NCBI RefSeq assembly: GCF_004010195.1
Contig: NC_057717.1
Location: forward strand, 104,722,937-104,786,936
Length of the DNA stretch: 64,000 nucleotides
From: Chiloscyllium plagiosum
Taxonomy: Eukaryota
Reading direction: 5' to 3'
Position 1 is the first letter of the stretch. Each line of letters starts with the position of its first letter. A program made the position numbers and the translations under genes. The notes beneath the pieces were generated by a model. That model ran no database searches and was not told the origin of the DNA. It worked only from the letters and a program-made list of their open reading frames with translations. Shown one piece after another: positions 26,932 through 39,989 of this stretch.

Positions 26932-28595
26932 TTATATAAAAAGGAAAAAAGCATAAACCCAATATGCTGTATTAAGTAACTATGAATTTAAATCATATAA
27001 CAGATAATTGGAAGAGTTAAGGCCCCAGTTCTGTGACACAAAGGTAGAATACAGAATATAGAATTCACCAAGTACTAAATGAGCAATCACATCAGAACAT
27101 GATAGTATAATCATAATTTAAGGCAGCAGAAAATGCACATGAAGTATCATTGAATCCTATTTCTTGTTTTGGTCATCTATAATTTACTCCAATTTACTAC
27201 AGTTTACCTTGGATACTGCACCTATTAAATTTCCCAAGGGAAGCGGAATATTTTCTTATTCCCAGTGATATGAAGCAACTCCAGAATATTCATCCATCCT
27301 CATTTCACAATATTACAGTCACACAGAATGGCCACGATATAGAAAGAGATCATTTGGCCTGTCTTATCTGTGCTAGCTCTACATAAGAACAGTTTGCTTC
27401 GTGCCACTCTCCTGCACTTTCTTATAGCTCTACACATTCTTCCTTCTCAGATAGTTATATTTATTACCCAACTAACTAATGACTAAGCACGAATTGTGTC
27501 AGTAGGGGAAGGAAGAGAAAAAAATATACATAGAAAATTTTGGTAATGCATGTTAGGATCAGAGGTATCAAAAAGGAACAAGTATAAAAATCTATTACAC
27601 GCTTCTTTCCAATATTAAAACTTTCTAAACTGATTTCAAGTGCAATACTTGAAACCTGCAGAAAAAAAATAGAATTCAATGCTACAACCAACAGCTAGTG
27701 TTTAGCTCAGGTCCAAGGAATAAAAGGGCTGCATGCATGCCCCAAGCTACACCAGCAGTGACAAATATGAAACTTATTAGGAACCATGGAAAACATTTTA
27801 GAAAATCAGTACTGACATAAATTTTAATCATAAAAAGCACACTTTGGCAAACAAAGGATTAATAATAAAACAACTAGGAATATATAATATCCTGTTAAAG
27901 ATACTAATTAGTCTCTTACGCTTAATGATTCTAAATCAAAACACAGAGGCTGAAATCATCCAACCAGCATTGAAAACACCATGTTCAAAGGGGATCAAAT
28001 AATTGCGCATTTTCCTGGTTATGTCTAAAAGGAGATCACTTCCAATGAAGCAGCATCCTGATGAACTTGTTCAATACAGAAACCCATACATAGAGCACAA
28101 ACTGCCATTTAGTAAGTTTAAATGTCCAGAGGGAATGTATGTGCATGTTAATGAATGAATGAATGTTAGTGGATGGGTGGGTTTGTGAACTAAGTGGGTG
28201 GGTTGGGAGGTGAGTAGGATGACAGTTGGTGAGGTAGTAGGTGGGTGAGTTGGGACGGGCATTAGCCTGGTCAGTTCCGGAAGATGTGAGTGCAGCTAAT
28301 CAGAGTCTGCATCTCACCATGTGGTAGGTTTGTTGTCACTGTTCTCTACAGACATTTACAGGGCATGCTTGATCTAGTATGGTAGAGAACAGACACTGGT
28401 CTCACTTGAAGATGCTCTTGTACAGAATAAGTAGGAGTTTATTTCATGTTAGCAATTATTTGAAGTTACAATGATGTGAGAGACACTATTAGAGAGATTA
28501 TGAGGACATGGATAAATCCCAATCACCAAGGTATATCCTCCGCAAGTCCATATGACATCATCATAGTGAATAATGCTTATAGCAATCCTTAATTC

Positions 28596-28926
28596 ATAGA
28601 ATGAAACAGGCCATTCAGCCCAAGTCCACACTGACTCTCCGAAGTCCAGCCCACCCAGACCCGCCTCCTATCCTATCTGTGTAGCTCTGCATTTTCCATG
28701 GCTAATCCACCTTACCGACATATCCTTGGACACTATAGGAAATTTAACATGGTCAATCTACTTAACCGACACATCTATGGACTGTGGGAGGAAACCAAAG
28801 CATCTGGAAGAAACCCACGCAGACATGGGGAGAATGTGCAAACTCCACAGTCTGAGGCTGGAATTGAACCCAAGTCCCATGTGCTGTGAGGTGGTAACGC
28901 TAATCACTGAACCACCATGCCACCCC
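28596..28926 (-). mobile_element. HE1-like SINE
   Basis: Head with ggttcaattcc B box and body homologous to 17824-18130. Confidence 0.82.
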
Positions 28927-30030
28927 AAATAACGTTAACTCTTTAAGACATTTCTTCAAAGCTTTTTCTCATTATTATTATAACTTTGTGCTTATAATTA
29001 AATTTACCATTCCTGATATTCACCAAGTCTCTGACTTTACAAATCCAGGCAACTTGAAGGTTCCACTATTCTCCTGGAATGTGTTCTCTCTGGATTTGGA
29101 AGACTTGTTGTTTGTGAGGCAAAATCCTGGTGTCTTTTATGCTATTCCTGGCAGTCTGAGACCTTTTATACTGCATGAACTTTAAACTCTTGGGACTTCC
29201 TTCACAGATAACATTGTCCCTACTGAAATAGTCAATTGCTTCTTTACAGAATGCTGAATCTCTGAAGTAGGTAATTTCTTCCTTACATTTTCTTGAATCA
29301 TTAGACATCGGTCATTCTCTTCTCAGTGATGGTTTCTAGAGAGTTCCATGCATCACATTTTCAATCTCTGTCACAGATTTTTATTCTCAATCTACCTGTG
29401 CATCTTTGATGAACTAAATGGACTCTTTACTTCAATCTTTTGATTCATTTGGATATTCTCATTTGTTGCTGAAACCAGTTATGTTCCTTTCTCAGTTTCG
29501 CTGTTTGAGGTTTGATTCTTGCTTGACAATGATTGCTGTCACTGTGACTGAAGATTCTTCCCGGAAAGATAAGGTAGTCAAATGTTCTGTTTGGACTTGT
29601 CACTTCTGAGCAACCCAGGTAGCTAACATCTGACTTAAATCTTTCATAACTACTTGTTTACCAAATGGTGTTGCATACTGAATAATATCAGTTCAGATTG
29701 TCAATTGGCTTAAGTGAGGTATACTGCTCATTGACTATCACATTGCTTGTCTGAATTCTTTTCAGTTTTGACAGCAGTGGAAAACATTTAAGTGAAACCA
29801 GTATAGTCCCATCTCATTAACAGCATATTTTTTTTAATCCTAACAAAGTTACTCTCAATTGTTTCTATTTTCAGTTTGGATTCTGCCGTGAGTACAGAGA
29901 ATCCGATGAAATATTCGACCAATCACTTCTTGACCAGTTATTCTTTGACTTTAGCTTGGTAAACCTTTTCCAGAATTTGAAGATAACAGAGGTCCAGGTA
30001 TGCCTTTATTCTCAAGTAAGTGAGAATTCT

Positions 30031-30950
30031 TGAATTGAATTGAATTTAATTGGATTTATTATTACGTGTACCATGGCACAGTGAGAAGCTTTGGCTTGCG
30101 AGCGATACAGGCAGATCACATGATTAAATAGCATAGATAAGTTAATAATAGGTAAACAGCAGCGAACCAAAAACACAGGTACAGGCGATTGCTAAGAGCT
30201 TGTGAGTCCATTCAGTATTCTAACAACAGTAGGGTAGAAACTGTTTTGAAACCAGCTGGTGCGTGTGTTCAGGCGTCAGTACCTTCTGCCCAATGATAAA
30301 GGTCGTAGAAGAACATTGCCAGGGTGGGATGGATCTTTGAGAATGCGGGCCTGGTAGATGGATTCTATAGCTGGGAGATTGGCCTTTGTAATTGTCTGGG
30401 CCGCGTTTACCACTCTCCGAGTATGCACCTATAAAAGTTGGCAAGGGTATTCGCCATCATGCTAAACTTCCTCAACTGCCTGAGGAAGAAGAGACGTATT
30501 GGGCCTTTGTAACCAGTGCATCCACATGAAGAGTCCAAGAAAGCTTGTTGTGGATGACCATTCCCAGGAGCTTGACACTCCCCGCTCATTCCACCTCTGT
30601 GCTGTTAATGTGTAGGGGGGCATGAGTAACATCTCACCGAAAGTCAATAATGAGTTCCTTGGTTTTGCCGGCATTGAGAGCTAGGTTATTCTCGGTGCAT
30701 GACTTTTACAGGTCTTCCACCTCCCATCTGTAGTCTGTTTCGTTGTCATCTGAGATTTGACCAGCTGTGGTGGTGTCATCAGCGAGCTTGTAAATGGCAT
30801 TAGTTTGGTATTTGGCGATGCTGTCATGGGTATACAGCGAGTACAGTATGGGGCTGAGTACGCACCCTTGCGGGGCTCCAGTGTTAAGTGTTAGTGAGGA
30901 TGAAATATTGTCCCGAATCTTCTCTGATTGTGGCCTGTGGGTCAGAATGT
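30031..30950 (-). mobile_element. Rex1/Babar-type LINE, RT 3' part with (ATTCA)n-like tail
   Basis: SSSLTLNTGAPQGCVLSPILYSLYTHD...YKLADDTT and RLFFLRQLRKF...LANFYRC are characteristic Rex1 motifs. Confidence 0.85.
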
Positions 30951-33036
30951 GAAGTAAATGCAGGTTTTCTGCTATTTGGCATCTTCTACTTTGGAGAGCT
31001 GCTTGTAGCATATTAAACCAGTTTATTAACTTGTTTAGCTTATGGTTTGATCTCTAGCTTGGAAGCTGTTCTGTATGTTAAGAATTGTTTTCTTCAAGAT
31101 AACCAATTCTAAATTTCCAGTTAGATTTAATTTCAGATATGGACTTTCTGGAAATATGAAGGCTTGTCTTCTGAATGTGATTATTTATTTTCCTTGCTTA
31201 AAAGGTTTTTTATTTTGCAGTAGCAGCAAAGCTGCTGTTCTTTGCTGCTATTCTGAAGGGCTTTCCTGTGCATTGTGGCTAAAATGGAAGATTCCCACCT
31301 TCTCGTAAAATGGACTTCTACTTTCTTGTGGCTTGACTGGATAAATACTACTATTCATAGCCTTAATAAATTAATTCCTGTTTCCTTAATGGCTTTGCTG
31401 AATGAATTCTGCTTCCTGTGGCATTCATAAGTGATGCCGACTTTAGCTTCTGCTAGTTGAAGCTTTAAGAGATGAAACTTGCTTCTTTAATAGTTTTTTT
31501 CTGGATGATTCCTGCTTTTTGCATGTTCAATACTGATTCCCATTTTTTTCTGGTTGGTTTTGCTCCCCACAGTTTAAATAGATGTTTCCTGCTTTCAAAA
31601 TGTTTTAATTAAAGGATTGTCTACCTTTTCTGTAATCTTAATAAAGTCTCCTATCTTTATTCTTTCATTAGGCCAGGGATGCTTAGGTTTCTAATCTGTC
31701 CCTTTGTTATTTTAATTTTGGCTTTGTGATGTTGCCAGGTTTGCAGTATCAGTTTAAACTGCTTTTGTGGCCCTTGATTTCCTTCACCACAGCCATGCCT
31801 TGGAGCATCCACTTGCTATCGCAGTGGCGCTCGATCAATGTAACATTTCCTTACATTTGGCTTTTCTGAACTACAAGACTCACTGTTTTTAGAAGCTTAC
31901 TGTTGTCCACCAGATTTTAACTTTACTCAAAGAGCCTCTGATGTCCATTCATTCTTCAGCTGAAACCTGATTCAAGACTGCTCCTATAAACAACTGCCAT
32001 GCTACTCACTCTCTATCTACTTTTGGAGTAATTGATCCTCCTTCTCTATGAAGTGCCTAACACTCCTGCTGAAGACTCTCTCTTACCAGAAATATCAAAA
32101 TATTTTTACCATTAGTATGGATTCTTCCTTGCTGAATTTAACCACGATTCTTCTGTAAGGTTCTAAAATGTTCAGCTCTTTCCTCCTGCTCACTTTCTGC
32201 GTGAGGAGGTGACTTAAAGTAGAACCTGAAGATGCTGAAAATTTCAGACTCCACTACTGCCAGCATGTTGTATACACAGCTAATCCAAGATTGCATGTCA
32301 ACACATTGAAGAGTAGTTGCCACCATCCTCTTTGTGTGTAGGGATCTACAAGGTCTCCTTGCGTGAGCATGGTAGACGAAAAACACTTCCAGTCTAACCA
32401 GAAGAGGCTCTTATATTGAACAAGTAGCAAAATTGTTACATTGATGTGATAGACTAATTCCAGACACAATGAGAAGGCTCTTAATGATAAGATCTTAAAG
32501 GCCTAAGGTGTTGCTCTTACAAGTCTACTTGACATCATCATAATGGATGATGCCAATGGCACTCCTCAGTATTAACTGTTTTCAGAGTCATATGTAACTA
32601 AAGGGAAATCAGGTTGGGTTGGGAAGGTACTCAAGTGATTGGGACTCATATGGTCAGAAAGAGCAGTTGAGACAGTTCAGGGCGGCAGTTGTGAAGTTTG
32701 AGTGGGAAGACGGGTCAGAGCTGAAAGGGAGTTAGACTAGCATTTTTCTGACTAACATTTCCTGGATAACTATTCAGGCAGGTACCGCACAGCAAAGTTT
32801 CTGACTCAGAGTCGACACTATTATGGAGGGCCCCAGAGAATGGAAGAATTGCCTCTTGGATGTTCAAACTTCCTGGGCATTCCATAGAGATAAGCAAACC
32901 AGTACTACTGCAAGTTGTAGAGGTTTGTGTTCAGTCTCTGATGGTCCAAAGACTGGATTCTATAAATATCCAACATTTTATTTCTTCTTTTATTAAACAA
33001 TGGGCTGTCAAGAAACAGGATGCATTCAAGACTTAC

Positions 33037-33187
33037 CAGAAAGGAACAGAGGAAAATAAAGGAGACAAAGTAGAAATAGGCAATCTCATTGCCACACTCA
33101 TTTCCACTGATGCCAGATCGTTGATCACAAGGTTTGCCGCCCAAGCATGATAACATGATACTATGCCACGCTTCCCCTGTTGCACTC
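33037..33187 (-). CDS. CACNA1A: Cav2.1 exon 35 equivalent: domain IV pore (TGEAW) and IVS6
   Basis: 151 nt, tgtatttcag|G AGT...CTG|gtaagt. Encodes [50 protein letters not shown] with the selectivity-filter Glu intact. Confidence 0.97.
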
Positions 33188-33703
33188 CTGAAATACAGAG
33201 TCTTGTTAAGGATTGATTGCAGTCCAGAAAGATGGATGAAACTTAATTTGGAATTCACAATCTTTCCTTAGTAACCTATCTGAAAGACTTCAAGTTTATA
33301 AAAGCACCAGCACAGATAATTCCCGATGCTACAACAAAACTGACAAGGTAAAATTCAAAGCCTGTTCTAGACCTCATTGCATCAGAGATTCCTCTCTTCA
33401 AATGTATGCTAGAAATGACCAGTGGATTTACAAACCCACTCTGAGTCCATCTTTGTGATGGTTCAGTAGATCAGTGCAATGTAACCTTACTATTGTTAAG
33501 CAGGACAGCACGAAGGGGTACGAGAGATAATGGAAGTCTCATTGTCTAAGAGCATGGGAAAGAAACACTGGATTTGCCAATATTCCATCTCCTGATCACT
33601 ATTAATTGATTCTTACTGAAAAGTTTGTGTCTACATGGCAGGTGAAGACAAAGTTGGAGTTGGCTGTGGTATCTTCTATACTATGATAGGCTCCTGTCAA
33701 TCA

Positions 33704-33834
33704 CTGATGAAGGGCTCCTGCCTGAAACATCGATTTGCCTGCTGCTTGGATGCTGCCTAACTTGCTGTGTTTTTCTAGCACCACTCTAATCTTGACTCTA
33801 ATCTCCAGCATCTGCAGTCCTTACTTTCGCCCTG
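33704..33834 (+). mobile_element. Penelope pLTR fragment with hammerhead motif, ~125 nt from the exon 34 donor
   Basis: ctgatgaagggctcctgcctgaaacatcgatt; near-perfect duplication tcctgtcaatcactg / tcctatcaatcactg on the flanks. Confidence 0.75.
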
Positions 33835-33958
33835 TCCTATCAATCACTGCCTGGGTTGGGTAAAGAGAGGTACTGGAGAAGTGCTTGGTACCTTTGGAAA
33901 CTGTACTCCAGCAAACATCAGGAGCAAGTAAGAGACAAATAAAGTTGACATTATTTAC

Positions 33959-34056
33959 CGGAAAAGAAGCATCAGAGCTTGGAAGAATGTTCTGAAGTTG
34001 TTGTGGTGATTAATTTCACTATCTTCATCATCATCAACTGCTATATTTCCAAATAC
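33959..34056 (-). CDS. CACNA1A: Cav2.1 exon 34 equivalent: IVS5-P extracellular loop
   Basis: 98 nt, gattttccag|GTA...TTC CG|gtaaat. Encodes [32 protein letters not shown](R) and ends in phase 2, matching the next exon. Confidence 0.95.
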
Positions 34057-34159
34057 CTGGAAAATCAAACAAGGCTGAGAGAGGCACTTTGGAAATCCAA
34101 GTACACCGCATCTATAGGTTCCCCATTTATCTTTTAATAAACCATGACAATTCTACTTG

Positions 34160-34670
34160 AGTGCATCATGATATTCTAATGAATGTTGTTAAAGTGGAAA
34201 GGGTGCACAAAAGATCTACAAGGATGTTACGGAGGCTGGATGGTTTGATTTATAAGGACAGGCTGGATAGGCTGGGACTTCTTTCCCTGGAGTGTAGGAG
34301 ACTGATGGATGACCTTATAGAGGTTTATAAAATCGTGATGGGCATAGATAGGATGAATAGCCAAGATCTTTTCCCCAGGATAGGGAGTACAAAATGAGAG
34401 AGCATAGGGTGACAGGGAAAAACTTTACAAGGGCCCTGAAGGGCAACGTTTTCACACACATAGTGGTGAGTATATGGAATGAGCTGTCAGAGGAGGTGGT
34501 AGAGGTGAATACAATTACAACTTTAAAAGACATTTAGACAGCTACATGATTAGGAGAGGTTTAGAGGGATATGGGCCAAATGTATGCAAATTGAACTAGT
34601 TCAGTTTAGGAAACATGGTTGGCATGGATGGGTAGGCCGAAGGGTCTGTTTCCGTACTGACTCTATAACT
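34160..34670 (+). mobile_element. CR1 3' fragment
   Basis: VERVHKRSTRML...RLGLLSLECRRLMDDLIEVYKI. Confidence 0.85.
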
Positions 34671-34689
34671 TTATATCCTCCTTACAAGT

Positions 34690-36890
34690 AGGTTATAGCA
34701 TTTTCTTTATGGCAGATGTTAGACTAACTGGCCTATAGTTTCTGTCTGTTTTCCTCTTTTCTTGAACAGAGAAGTTATGTTTGTTATTTTCTAATCTCTT
34801 AGGACCTCACAAGAACCTAGGAAATGTTGGAAAATTGTAATCAATGCATTTGATATCTCTGCAGCCACTTGTTTTAAGATCACCAGAAAAATGTCTATTA
34901 GGTCCTGGGAATTTATCAGCCTTTAGTTCTAATACTTTTTTTCAGCACCTTTTCTCTGGTGATTGCAATTGTTTTCAATTCACCCTGTTCTTTTCACTTC
35001 TTGATTGCAAGTATTTTTGAAATGTTATTCAGAGCTTCTACAGTAAGGGAGACACAAGATATCTGTTCAAAGCCTCTGTTATTTCCTTATGGTCCATTAT
35101 TCAGTCCCCAGGCCTACTCTAGAGAGGACTAATATTCAGTTTAGTTTCCTTTTTCCTTTTTAAATAGTTATAGAAACTCTACTATCTATTTTTGTATGTC
35201 TAGCTAAGTTCTCCATAGTCAAATTTCACCCTCTTTTTTCATTAATCTTTGCCATTTTTATACATCTGTTCAATCTTCTGACCTACCACTAAAATTCACA
35301 GAAGTGCACATTTTGCCTTTCAATCTGATACCATCTTTAACTTTCTCAGTTAGCCACAGATGGCATATCCTTCTCCTAGAGTCTTGCTTTCTCACCAGTG
35401 TGCAGCTTTGCCGGGGGTAATGCAATATCTCCTTAGACATCTGCCAATGCATCCTATTACTTTAGCCAGCTCTTTCTTCATTATCTTGTAATTATTATTT
35501 AAGTATAAAACACTGGTCTTAGCCACACTTTTCTCTTCCATAAACTGAAATTCAATCATGTTAGGATCACTGTTACCTGAAGGTTCCTTTGCTATGAGGT
35601 TTTTAATTAATCCTGTCTCACTGCAAATTTTTAGATCTAGAATAGCTGACTCTTTGGTTGACTTGAAGATGTGCTGCTCTACGAAACTGTCTCAAAAGCT
35701 GTCAATGAGCTCAACTCAATTTGATTCACCCAAACAATATGTAGAATGAATTATCTGTACACCTTTCTTACAAGTCTGTTATTTCTTCCTGGTACTTTGT
35801 ATAAATTACTTCTGCATATGACTTTTTATCTTTGCTACTTTTTATCTCTACCCAAATTGATTCTGATCTTGATCTTTAGAACAAAGATAAATCTCTCATT
35901 ATTGTACCAATATCATCCTTAATTAACAGATCTACCCAACCACTTCTTCTAGTTTCCTGTCCTTCTAAATTGTCAGGTATGTTTCAATATTAAGATCCCA
36001 GCTTTGGACATCTTGTAGCTAATCTTAGTAATGGCTATCATATCTATTTCTATTGAAGTGCATATGCATTCAAATGCAGAGTCTTTAGTTCTGCAGTGTT
36101 ACTATCTTTGAAAACTCTGGCTTTATTTGCTGGTGTACTCTTACGTTTGTATGCTCCTTTCCCTCCATGGTCTCATTGTCACTCCCCTTAATGTTAACTC
36201 GATCTCTTGGTTTATCCTTTCTCTTCATTTCCCATGAATTCTTTTAAGTGATCCCCTACCTTCACTATTCAATTTAAAGTCTTCTCTATCAACCTACTTA
36301 CATGATTCATCAGAACACTGTTCCCAGCATAGCTCAGGTAAAGAACAGCCCAATAGTATAACTCTCAGTTAGCCCAGTACCGGTACCTGTGCTTTTTTAA
36401 TCTACACTAATTTTTCTCACATTAATCTTTAAGCCATACATTTAACTCCCTAGTCTTATTTATCTTATGTCAATTTGTTCATGATTCAAAGGTTCTACTT
36501 TATAAGTAGAGGTTCTACTTTATAAGTTAGCTCTGAGATGCACATACAGCCTCTATGAATGGGAGAAAGGATGTAAGAACTGTGAAGTCTTGGACAATTG
36601 CAAAGGTTGAGGTACATTCACTCCTCACTTTCAATCCTCAGATCTATCTTGCAGTCACATTGTACAATGCCCAATTATGGATCAAATCAGAAGACCCTAG
36701 CCTAAATGTGTGCCTTACCATGGGACAAAGTGTCCTTGTGACTTCCCTCTTCCCTGATACATTGCAATGGTTGAAGCTCACACTCCAGCTCATTAACTCA
36801 GAGTTGAAGGTCTCCAGCTGTAATCACTGCAGATGTGCTTTGAATCATACTGGCATTCACAACAGCACCCACACGCTGGGCCATCTTTAA
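34690..36890 (-). mobile_element. Old decayed CR1 (endonuclease to RT start, possibly ORF1)
   Basis: Patchy similarity to 37980-39980 (SAILDLKI, GNSDPNMIEF, NYRPVSLT-like pieces). Confidence 0.5.
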
Positions 36891-37974
36891 TGCATTTTAA
36901 GTACCTAATTTCTTTTAGCTTATCTCATTACTCTAGCCCATATCTGGGTTCTAGTTCATCCCTATAGATGAACTCGTCACTGTTGGCTTGCTCTTTGTTC
37001 CTGATCAGCCATCTTGGTAGATAAGCCCATCCTGATAGACTAGCCCATCTGTACTGTCTCGACCGAACATATTAAAGGCCTTAATGACTGTTCATCATCA
37101 TTGGAAGCAGGAGATGAGAAACTAGGAGTCTGTTTAGTGCAAAGTTTCATGTCTGCTTCAGTAGCTGTGCAATGCCTATTTCATTTGGAAAAAAGGAGTT
37201 CAAGTAAGTCTGATTTGTTCAGCTATATATATATATATCTCCATGTAGCCACTTGATGAAGCAGTGCATTGTATGTCAGTCCACAGTTACTTCTACAAAA
37301 TTAGGTAGACCTGCTCAATGTTACTTTTTGGTTACTCAAAATCACCAAAAGTAGCTGCTCAACATGGTTTTGGTTTTGGCACAATTTCTTTAATCCATTT
37401 TTATTTATTCATAATCATTTGCTTGCAGTTTATCCTATGATACAAGGAGATGTAACATCTCAGAGGAACCTACTGAAAATATGAAAACTCTAAATAAGTT
37501 ATTCTAAGTCAAACATCATTCTTAATTTTTTTTATTTCTAAATATGTTAGCCTGTAGGGCATACTGGATGGGTAATTGAATTAATGCTATATATGTTGAT
37601 GATGCAGCCCTCCAACCCCTCCACTTAACTCTTCCTAAGATAAATGCATTTTGCTCTGTTAAACTGAATTCAGTTTTGCAAATGTATAAATTAGGAACAG
37701 ATAGCGGCTAGTAGGCTCCTAAAATCCGGTCTGCCATTCAATAAGGACATGGCTGATCTGAATGTGTCCTCAACTCTACATTCCTGTCAACTCCTGGACT
37801 TTTCTTACATCTAACGTGCCATTTTCTTCAGCTCACTGTCATAAATCTCATTCCTAGAAATTGCTGTATAATGGTACATAAAACTCAAAAGCGATAGAAC
37901 AATTAATTAACGTTTTGGTCAGAATTCTTTGGTGTATTTTATTAGAAACATTCAAGAAATACTGAAGCAAAGTA

Positions 37975-39985
37975 TTTATTATCAAATGCCTTGCTAAAAT
38001 CCATGTACACCACATCCACTGCTCTGCCTTCATCAACATGTTTTGTCACATCCTCAAATAATTTAATAAGGTTTGTTAGGCATGACCTGCCCCTCATAAA
38101 ACCATACTGACTAACTCTAATCAAATTATGGTTTTCCAAGTAATCAAAAATCTGTCTCTCAGAATCCTCTCCAATACTTTGCATATCACAGCCGTAAGAC
38201 TGATTGGTCTGTAATTCCCAAGATTATCCCTATTCCCTTTCTTGAACAAGTGAATAACATTTACCACCTTCCAATCACCTGGCACTACTCCAGTGGACAG
38301 TGAGGATGCAAAGCTGCTGCACCTTTGGTGATGAATCTCTTCCCTCACTTCCTGTAGTAACCTCGGGTATATCCCATTTGGCCAAGGGGGATTTATCTAT
38401 CCTTATGTTTTCAAAATTTTCAATACATCCTCCTTCCTAACACCAACCTGTTCTAGCATATCAGTCTGTTTCATGCTGTCCTCACAAACAACAAGGTCCC
38501 TCTCACTAGTGAATACTGAAGCAAAGTATTCATTAAGGTCCTCCCCTACTTCCTCCATGTGCAAGTTCCCTCCACTATCCCTGATTGGCCCTACCCTCAT
38601 TCTGGCCATCCTCTTGTTCCTCACATAAGTGTAGAATGCCTTAGGGTTTTCCTTAATCCTACTTGCTAAAGATTTTTTATGTCCGCTTCTAGCTCTCCTA
38701 AGTCCATTCTTCAGTTCCTTCCTGGCTACCTTGTAACCCTCTGAAGCCCTGTCTGATCCTTGCCTCCTTAACCTTAAGTCAGCTTCCTTCTCCCTATTGA
38801 CTAGATGTTCCACATCGCTTGTCACCCAAGATTCTTTCAACCTACCTCCCTTCCTTGCCTCAGTGGGACAAACCTATCCAGCACTATCAGCAGATGCTTT
38901 CTAAACAACCTCCACATTTCTGTTGTACATTTCTCTGAGAACATCTGTTCCCAATCTAGGCGCCCAAGTTCTTGCCTAATAGTATTCCAATTCCCTCTCC
39001 CCCAATTAAATACTTTCCCATATCTTCTGCCCCTATCCCTCTCCATGAGTATAGTAATGGTCAGGGGGTTATGATCACTATCACCGAAATGATCTCCCAC
39101 CGAGAGATCTGACACCTGGCATGGTTTGTTGTCAAGCACCAAATCCAATATAGCCACCCGTTTACTCAACCTATCTACATATTGCATCAGGAACTCTTCC
39201 TGGACACACCTGACAAAAAACTGATCCATTCAAACTACTTGAACTAAGGATGTTCTAATCAATATTAGGGAAGTTATAGTTACCCATGACAACAGCCCTG
39301 TTACTTCTGCACATTTCCAAAATCTGCCTCCCAGTCTGCTCCTGCATGTCTCTGTTGCTACTGGGGGGATCTGTAGAAACCTCCCAATAAAGTGACTGCT
39401 CCTTTCCTGTTTCTGACTTCCACCCATACTGACTCTGTAGACAAACCCTACTCGACAATCTCCCTTTCTGCAGCTGTGACTAGCAATGCCATTCCTTTAC
39501 CTCTTTTACCTTCCACACATTCCTTTTGAAACATCTAAACCCTGGAACATCCAACAACCATTCCTGCATCTGTGATATCCAAGTCTCCATAATAACCACA
39601 ACATCAGAGTTCCAAGTACTCTTCCATGCTCTGAGTTTGTCACCCTTATTCTTGATACTTCTTGCATTAAAATAGACATACTTAAACCCAACACACTGAC
39701 TGCATCTTTTCTGTATTAAGTGCCTATCCCACCTCACAGACTCTCTGCACACTGTATCGGGCTGTTCACTACTTACTCTATCATCTGAGTTGTAGCTCAG
39801 GTTCCCACTCCTGTGCCAATCTAGTTTAAACCCTCCTGAAGAGCTCTAGCAAACCTCCCCCCCAAGATATTGGTGCTCCTCCAGTTTAGGTGCAACCTGT
39901 CCTTCTTGTACATGTCCCACCTTCCCCAGAAGGTATCCCAATGATCCACATATCTGAAGCCCTCCCTCCTACACCAGCCCTGCTG
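37975..39985 (-). mobile_element. CR1 LINE: ORF1 esterase end, APE endonuclease, RT N-terminal part
   Basis: YFNARSI...METW, VMGNYNFP, ILDLVL...GDSDH, KKGNRDNLGNYRPISLT, YMDFSKAFD. Confidence 0.92.
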
Positions 39986-39989
39986 CTTA

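Noticed and set aside
29000..32560. Possible very old LINE around the Rex1 insertion
   Set aside because: Composition suggests decayed coding sequence, but I could not read diagnostic motifs with confidence.
36490..36527. 18-bp tandem duplication aggttctactttataagt
   Set aside because: Local slippage within a decayed repeat; no sign of function.
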